Virus record (IMG/VR): IMGVR_UViG_3300032132_000006 | Span: 1 to 63,744 of that record | Reading direction: 5' to 3' (one strand) | Length of the DNA stretch: 63,744 bases | Origin: a virus | Taxonomy: Duplodnaviria; Caudoviricetes | Shown here: in pieces, positions 43,818-52,200 of the stretch | How the letters are laid out: each line of letters begins with the position of its first letter | Numbering within the stretch: the first letter of the stretch is position 1 | Translations under genes and position numbers: made by a program | Notes under the pieces: generated by a model | Told to the model about the DNA's origin: nothing | Database searches by the model: none | What the model saw: the letters and a program-made list of their open reading frames with translations, nothing else

Positions 43818-46079
43818 ATGGATAACTTACAGATCACAGACGCACCGAATGAAGATGTGGGGGAACCCATTGACGGCGAAATGACACAGGAGCAAATCGA
43901 GCAGCTTGATAAAATCGGTTTGGCACTTGCGGAGTCTAGATCTGAAGCGATCAAGCACCGCGCAGCTTCTGGTATTGAGCAGGACTGGGTTGAGGATAGA
44001 GAACACTACGAAGGTATTGATGAAGCCAATCGATCTGAGATTGGGTCTGGCGATACCAAGCCCGTAGGCAGGATTGCAGCAGGCACTGATGATGAGTCAG
44101 GGTCAACTGTATTCTTTAATATCACTCGCCCTTATTGTGACACAGCAACAGCCCGCTTAGGTGATATGTTATTACCTACAGACGATATAGGCTGGTCATG
44201 TGATCCAACCCCTATTCCTGATCTGGTTAATATGGCTGGTGGTAAAATACCTCGCCGCATAGAAAGGCAGATAAAAGAGCAGGTGCCTGACGAAGAAGAA
44301 GCAGCGGCAGTCATGCAGCAGGTTATCGAGCAAGAGAAGGACATTCTTGATGAGGCAAAGACAGCGGCAGAGAGAGCATCGAAGCGTATTGAGGATTGGC
44401 ATGTAGAGTGTCAGTACAACGCAGAGATGCGTATCGTAATTGATGATGCTGGGCAGATAGGAACGGGAGTAATGAAAGGCCCGATTCCTGAAAACAAAAA
44501 GCGTATGGCTTATGTGGGTGGTGAGATAATAGAGCAGGAAGAGCTTCAGCCTGTATCCAGAAGGGTCTCTGCTCATAACTGTTATCCAAACGCCTCTTGT
44601 GGCAATGACATTCAGGACGGGAACGACCACTGGGAGAAGGACGATATCTCCGAGAAGCAGCTACAAAACCTAATCGATCAGGACGGCTACATTGAATCCC
44701 AGATTAGAGCCTGCTTAAAAGAGGGTCCATTCCAAGCTACTGAGATTCAGAACGAACTCGATGACGGTGATCAGTTTGGATTGACACGAAGAGACAAGAC
44801 CAACCTGTACCAAATTTGGTACTACTATGGCCGATTAAAGAAAGAGATTCTAGAGTCTGCCGGTATGGATCTTGATGTGGATGAGGATGACTTCCCCAAC
44901 ATCGACGTACATTTAGTCATGGTTAACAACAGGGTAATTCGTGGGGCACCCAATGCAACAGCCAACGGTGATTTCCCGTATGACTACATGGTATGGCAGT
45001 CACGCATAGGAAGCCCATTTGGGATAGGAATAGCCCGTCAAATACGAGTGCCACAGCGAATTATCAATGGCGCTGGGCGAAACCTAATGGATAACGCAGG
45101 ACTCGCTGGCGGGCCTATGTGGGCCTTTAATCAGGGTATACTAGAGCCTATAGATGGAACCTATGAGATAGCACCAAGGAAAGGATGGTTTATCAGTGAG
45201 GATGCAGAGAACGTCACCGACATCAAACACGCCTTTAGTTTCTTTGGTATGGACATGATGCAAGATGATCTACAGGCAATCATTAACTTAGGGATGCAGT
45301 TTGCTGAACATATCTCTGGACTACCTAGTTTATTGCAAGGACAGCAACAAGAGCACAAGGAAACATTAGGCGGCCAGCAGATGCGCCGAAATGATGGGTC
45401 CACAGTTCTACGCAGAATCGTCAGGCAGTTCGATGACAAGATAACAATCCCTCATATTAATAGATATTACAAATACATCCTGATGTACGGAGAGGAGGAT
45501 GAGAAGGGTGACTTCACTATCTTCGCTCGCGGATCCTCTGCCTTGCTTGAGCGGGATCTACAGAACGAATCCATTATGGAGATGGGACAGTATGTCGGCA
45601 ATCCGATCTTTAAGAAAGATCCTGCCAAGTGGATCGATGAGCTACTGAAGTCTCAGCGGCTGGATCCAAAGAACTTCAATTACGATGATGAAGAGTGGCA
45701 GCAGTTGGTCGAACAGCTCAGCGCACCACCACCAGATTCTTCTGTTGAGGTTGCTAACATTAAGGCCCAGACCACCCAGATGCAGATCCAATCCAAAGCG
45801 GCTACCGATACTGCGATTATGCAGAACGATAACCAGCAGAAGGATGCTGATAGAATGCTTCAGTTAGAGAAGATGACCTCTGATGCAGAGCTACAATTGA
45901 TCGCACTACAGGGTCAGTTGGCCGGCAGCAAGGACGTTAATATGGATAGCATCAAAGCCAAGCTTACTGAGACTATACTGACACTCAAGGCGCAAGTAGC
46001 CATGAATGACTCAGATGTAGCCACACCAGTAGCAGAGCCTGATGGAAGGGCACCAGATGGTGAGAGCTTCGAGAAGTAA
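43818..46079 (+). CDS. Portal protein
   Basis: FFNITRP.C..A.ARL.DML.P.DD..W, GTGVMKGP, GSPFG.GI, R.LMDNAGL.GGP, ET.GG motifs; long C-terminal helical region. Confidence 0.9.
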   Translation: MDNLQITDAPNEDVGEPIDGEMTQEQIEQLDKIGLALAESRSEAIKHRAASGIEQDWVEDREHYEGIDEANRSEIGSGDTKPVGRIAAGTDDESGSTVFFNITRPYCDTATARLGDMLLPTDDIGWSCDPTPIPDLVNMAGGKIPRRIERQIKEQVPDEEEAAAVMQQVIEQEKDILDEAKTAAERASKRIEDWHVECQYNAEMRIVIDDAGQIGTGVMKGPIPENKKRMAYVGGEIIEQEELQPVSRRVSAHNCYPNASCGNDIQDGNDHWEKDDISEKQLQNLIDQDGYIESQIRACLKEGPFQATEIQNELDDGDQFGLTRRDKTNLYQIWYYYGRLKKEILESAGMDLDVDEDDFPNIDVHLVMVNNRVIRGAPNATANGDFPYDYMVWQSRIGSPFGIGIARQIRVPQRIINGAGRNLMDNAGLAGGPMWAFNQGILEPIDGTYEIAPRKGWFISEDAENVTDIKHAFSFFGMDMMQDDLQAIINLGMQFAEHISGLPSLLQGQQQEHKETLGGQQMRRNDGSTVLRRIVRQFDDKITIPHINRYYKYILMYGEEDEKGDFTIFARGSSALLERDLQNESIMEMGQYVGNPIFKKDPAKWIDELLKSQRLDPKNFNYDDEEWQQLVEQLSAPPPDSSVEVANIKAQTTQMQIQSKAATDTAIMQNDNQQKDADRMLQLEKMTSDAELQLIALQGQLAGSKDVNMDSIKAKLTETILTLKAQVAMNDSDVATPVAEPDGRAPDGESFEK

Positions 46080-46132
46080 GCTATGGTACAATGGGGCGTG
46101 CAGTGAGTGACTCCCCGCACAAGCTGTATACT

Positions 46133-46158
46133 AAAGCCCCTTAATTGGGGCTTTTTTT
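46133..46158 (+). terminator. Intrinsic (possibly bidirectional) terminator after the portal gene
   Basis: AAAGCCCC-ttaatt-GGGGCTTTTTTT between convergent operons. Confidence 0.85.
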
Positions 46159-46173
46159 ATGGTATAATATGCC

Positions 46174-46260
46174 ATGCGAATAGACTGGAATACAGTTGGT
46201 TTTTATTTTGTTTTAACGGCTATCATCCTGAATGCCGTCCTTCCTATTGTGATGGATTAG
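46174..46260 (+). CDS. Putative leaderless 28-aa membrane peptide MRIDWNTVGFYFVLTAIILNAVLPIVMD
   Basis: TGgTATAAT at 46160-46168 and ATG 5 nt later; single hydrophobic helix. Confidence 0.4.
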   Translation: MRIDWNTVGFYFVLTAIILNAVLPIVMD

Positions 46261-49200
46261 CTTTGTCGTAGTTCTTATTAAATCTATCCACGATAACCTC
46301 TATCCTTTTCTCGAATCGCTCTATCCTTTTCTCTTTTATCTTGTCAGACAGATTACGAAGCTCAACCTCTTTGATTTGCTTCCGCAGATTACGAAGTTGT
46401 TTCTCGGCAGTCTTTAGGCGAGAGGCTTGTCTGAGCTGCCCAGAATATTCCTTCCTGAACTTGATCTTCTCTTTGCCCCTTAGCGTAGCTGACTCAGCAG
46501 TTAATTGCTTTATCTCGTCGGCCCTGTCATAGAACCTAGACTGGTCGCCATACTGCGCCACCTTGCCACTGATTTTGCGGTAGAAAGGCTTCTCCCTATC
46601 TTCAATCTCTTCACCAAGAATTGTCTTCTCAGCGTACCCAGCAGACAGTGATGCGAACTTACCTGCACCACCCGTAACAAAGCTGAACAAATGATCAAGC
46701 GTATCTGGGGATACATCAATGAATCCTTTTCTGAATGCGGATCCTCCAGTTGCTTCGTTTACAAAACTTGATACCGCCTCCCAGTGAGGTTTGGCGTTCT
46801 TCTTCGCTAGTGCGCTATCTGGCAACTGAACTCCGAATGCAAAGTTTTCTTTGAATATCGATCCTCCGTAGAAGTTTTCATTAACAGCTAGTTGAGCGAA
46901 TGGCTTGCCTACGGTTGGGGTAGCAGTTTTGATTGCCATCTTAGCCGCATCATCAGACGATTCAAATCCTAACGGAGAGAACGATCCAAGAATACTCATT
47001 GCGACATGAGTGCCTAGCTCACCATACCCGCGATAAGAACTATTTTTCGCAGCCTCTGCTGTATCACCCAGCACATAGAATATATTAAATCCGTATGGAA
47101 GCGGGATAGTCCAGTAGTCAGCAGGATCATCGCTACCACCAAAGACGGACTTCATTATAACTATGTTTCTTTCACGAACATGGTTAGGAACTTTGTCATA
47201 CCAGCTCACACCATCATCATCATCATCAGATGCCATTCGATTAATCGTCGCCAGCACATACGCAGCGGCCACAATACCAGCAGAAAATGCCTGCACTTTC
47301 TTGGACTTCATTGCGCGAAGGAGAACAGCACTACCTTGAATAGATGCGTTAGAGAACATATAAAGAGAATTCATTACTGCACCAACCTCACCCTTGCGGT
47401 TGAAGTTAACCGTTAGGTTCTTGGCTAATGATGCGGCCTTCTTTCTGGTTAGGCCAGCTTCAATCCCATGACGGTACACAGATAATCTAACTGCGTTCTC
47501 GACTGCGGTATTAGCATTCTCTACAAAGTCTTTGACGCCATCTTTAAAAACACGAAGATTACTTATAACCGACTTCCCTGTCTCAATAGATCCTGCTTTG
47601 GCTGTGGCTCTCCCAGTGGCTAAGTCTTTTATATTACTGATCACCTGCCCACTTCTGGCCATGGATACCATGGCGTTTAACTCACTCGCTTGCTGGTCTA
47701 TTTCTTTCATATCAAACCAGCCGGTCTTGGCACCATCTTCTCTGAATTGGTCAAACGACTGCTGCCATTCTAAAGCAGATCCAGTTAATTCCTTTCCTCT
47801 CAATGAGGCGTGTATAGCTCTCATCGCAGAAGGAATATCCTTCAGCATCTTGCCCACTAACTTCTTACCTTGCGCCCTTCCTCCGCGCAGATCCTGTTCT
47901 CCCATTAAAGCAAACACCGCAGTCTGTACGTCACGCGCCACGTTCGATACTAAGAACTCAGGGTTGTACGATGTACTCATGGCAGATAGGTATCGAGTCA
48001 TAGTTCCCAATGTCTGGGTGAATATGTTCATTGGCTCTGGACCCATGTTCTGCATGGCACGATTTAATCGCTGATCCTTAATGTGAATGAAGTAAGTTTT
48101 GCCGTCCTTCTTGGTGGCGTAGTATTTTTTAGACCCATCATCATTCTTGGCATCCAGCATATTCTCACTAACTTCATCTACCTCACCTTTAACCCAGCCT
48201 CTGGTCTTGGCAGGATTATCGTCAGAGAAAACCTCCCAGTACTCAGGGTTTGGATTATTCTCAACCATCTTGAGGAATACGTTACCAACATCATTTTTGC
48301 GTGAGCGTATAATCGTTTCGGTGATATCCTTGATAGCGTGAAGCGTAGGAGATTCAGCAGTGCTTCTGCGGCCCATAGCCTTTAAGGATTCTTTGCCACG
48401 AATATCGAAGCCCTTACCAATATTTCCACCAGTACTGCTTTCTTCATTTGTAGCAAGCCCCTTTAATGGGACGTAATTCTTATACGCTCCTTCCCACGCA
48501 TCTGTGATTTCGTTAGCCTGCAAGCCATCCCTCATGAGCTGACGCTTGTATTCAAGCATTCCATAAACATGGTCAGCCAACTCATTGAGCTGCGCTCGCT
48601 TAGAAGGAGTCACCATATTGAGAACCCGCTCTGCCTCCATGTCAGTCATACCAGAGCCGCCATCAGGCATCTCTCGATTAATCTTTCTTATGTGGGCGTT
48701 ACGCTCTTTAGCGTGATTGGCAATCAACCACTCATCCAGTTCCTCTCTTTCGACTTCGTATTTTGCCAGCCCTTCTGCTAACGGTTTGATTGAGCCTTCA
48801 GATAATACTCGAAGATCCTCTTCTGTCTTTCCGTAGAAAGCCTCTTCTGCCAAGTAAGTATTCTCAACCTCTGGAAGATCACCCCTTACTTTTTCGATTT
48901 CCTTTTGAGTCATCAACACAGGCCTAAACTTATCTTGGAATGTGCGGATAGCTGCACCAGTTAGTTTTTCTACTGGAGCATCGAAGCCATGTTCATCATC
49001 CAAGCTAAACAGAATATTATCGCTCTCTGTTTCTGTTGGATCAAAGGCTGCATTGACTGAGCGTATGTTTTTTGGGTCGAAGACAGCGACATCTTCTATC
49101 TCAGGATTCTGCTGCATAAAATCATTAACGTCAGTGTAACCTGTCACCTCTCCAATGCTATCACTGTACATATCTAAAGAAGTATAGGTGCCCGCCTTTT

Positions 49201-52200
49201 CTGCCGCATCCTTATAGGCTCTATTTAAGATTTCATCGTATTGAGTCTCAAGCTCCTTCACTGTATCTTGAGCCGGTTCCAGCGTCTGAGCGAGTTGGGC
49301 AATTTCTTCCTTTGTGACAGACCCAATATTATGAACAATCTTGTCTGTTATTTTTTCTACATCTCGTTGAGCGTTATTGAATTTACGGATCGTTAGCTTA
49401 TCCTGAGTGGATAATACAAGATTACGATCATTCACAGGGACGGCATTTTCAGACCAAGACATCGTTATCTTTTCACCAGTAGATGTTTCATAGCTGAACT
49501 CACCAGTATCTCTTAGGCTTTTTTCCACCTCTTCTCGCGTGAATGAGTCGCGACCCCGAACGGCGTGATCATATCCCATCTCTAGCAGATGCTCCCGCAC
49601 CTCAGTTCCCCCGCTCACTTGCCTAGCAACCTCCCGCCACACTTTATGTGGTGCGGCCTTTCCTAGCCGCAAATAAACTGGTGTAATTGTATTGCCGTCT
49701 ATACCATCGCGATATGCAGCTTGCACGCTTGGAGCTATACCGAACCAGTGGCCATTGAATGGCCTATCAGGGTCAGACGCAGGGAGGCGGTCATTATCAA
49801 ATCCAGCACCTTCTATGCCGCCAGTGTTCGCATGATAATAGACCGTACTGGTATCAAAGCCCTGCTCCTCAGCCCTAGCCATTCTAGATGCTTTATCCAT
49901 TGGTAGGTCTTTGTCTAGGCTGAATTGTTTTTCGGCCTGCCGTTGTTCGTCATTAACGGCCTCAATGGTTACAGCATTCTCATCCCATATGACGTAGTTG
50001 TGTGTGCCCTCGCCCTCTGTGCGACTTTGATTATCTAAATAGCGGAGTCCTTTGATGCCCAAGTCACCTAGAAATAAACTGGCTCCTCTTTCTTCTTTGG
50101 TGGTTGATATTGATAGGTTGCCTTTCGCAACCCCTTCGTACAAGCTCTTCCCGTCCATGTTCCAGAACGCAGATTCCTGTTCATTGATCCAGTCTTGCGC
50201 TCCCTGCTTGGCAATCTTGGCAGACCCTATGAATTCCAACCTTACTTTTTTACCGTCGCGAGTAACATCGACTGCAAATGTTGGACCGCCATCATAATCA
50301 AGGAATTTCTTCCTTAGTCTTTCTGGGGCATCAGAGTACTTGTCATACGGGTACGGCTCTCCGGCCTTGCCTATTTTGGAGGCACGCAGTCTCTCTGGGA
50401 GAAGTTTGTTTAGCTTACTTACATTCTTTTGTATGGCGCTCTTGACCATCTCAGGTTGCTGACTAAGCTTCTTATCCCAATCCAACAGCTCGTTATCTTC
50501 TGGTATGTCTACTTGGTAGAGTTGGCCATGCGCTTTAATTGTAACCGAATCAACATCAAAGTCCTTAAGCTTGCTCATCCCCTTTGCCTTAAACTCAGCG
50601 TTAGTAACCCTAAATGCGTCACCCACAATCTCAGTTAGCACCTCATCCCATGTAGTAGAGCCGTCTTGAATAGCACTCATCACCAATGGATCACGCTTGA
50701 TGTGTGCGACTTCTCTTGCTATAAATTCTTCAGGGGTTTTCGGGAATCCCATTTTATCCCCGTTGAGATAAATATCGTAACTTCCTTCGCTTAACTTATC
50801 CCGATACCATTCAGCAATATTCTTCCTGCCAGCAAAGTACATTCCCCAGCCATAGGCTTGAGCGCCTTCACCAGATCCCATCGCATCCAAACTAAATTTG
50901 TCAAACACATGAGGTGTGCCGTGGTAAGCAGTCATCCACTCAGGAATAAGCGACCCTATGCCAGCCTCTTGTGGGCCTGCCAAGAACTCTTCAGATCGAG
51001 ATAGGATAAGATCAATGTTCGTCATACTGATTGGATTAAAGCCCAAGGCGCGTAATGCATTCTTGAGCATCTCGCGTACCTTACGCATGAACGATCCAAC
51101 CACTCCATCCTTTGCTCTCTGCTCAGCAGCAATGGCAATGAACTCTTTGATTAATGTCTCTCTGGATGCGTTTGGATTTCTCCGTATCGCCTCTGCTCTG
51201 ATAGCATCGAAATTCTTGCCGCCCTTCTCCCTTAGCGAATCATATAGATCGCCAACAGCAGACCAGTCTTCGATAATATTATTTACACCAACATGACCAA
51301 TAAGCTCATGAGCAAGAGTGACCTGTGCGTCCTGTGTATTTTCTAGGTGATCAACAACAATGGTTGCTGTGTCGCCTATAGCGAATCCTTTAGGGCGTTT
51401 GCCTTTAGGGATTGCAGCTTGGACTGACTCAGGTAATTCGTGAGAATAAAGTATTTCAACTTTCACGCCCAGCTTATCACTAATGTTCTCTAACATAGGA
51501 GCAACAGCGGCAACAGCTTGGTCTTTGGTAAACTTAGTTTTAGCCTTACCTTGGAGAGAATTCTCTACTCGTAGTTGTGGCCCTTGTACTGTTTCGGTAT
51601 CAGGTGTTGTGGGAGCTGCTGTCTCTCTTCCGCTCCCAGATCCTGTACTGACTTCGCCTCTGGGTGTGCCAGTTCCAGATAGTTCTTCAGAGTAACTGGA
51701 ATCTGGTTTGCTTTCATCCATTGTTCCAACTGATCCGATCCAGTCTGGTTCGTTGATCCCGCCTGCATGTTCATGAATAATACTCCTCGTTTCTTCTAGT
51801 GTTGCATCACCTGCCTTGTATTTTTCCCAAGCAGCTTTAGCAAATTCTGTGTTTTTCTTTTGCCCTTTATATCCAGCAGTAAATAAACCTCTCACCGCCT
51901 CCCATGTAATGGACTGCATCTGTCTTGGCAATATGCCCCGCTCTGCCGCTGCTCTTCTGTATGCCTCAGCAAAGAAAGGATAGGTTCCACTTAATCCTGC
52001 AACAGTAGATCCTGCGCTACCAGTACCACCAAGATTCTGCTCAACTTCTTTTGACTTTCCTGATAGTGGCTGAATTAATCCCGCGCCAACAGCATGAGTG
52101 TCTATCGTTACGTCACCATGCTTTCCATTGGGAGAGATGATATTGTTGTAAAAGTTTCTTACCTTGTGAGCGCTACCCATGGATGCACTAATGTTTTCCA

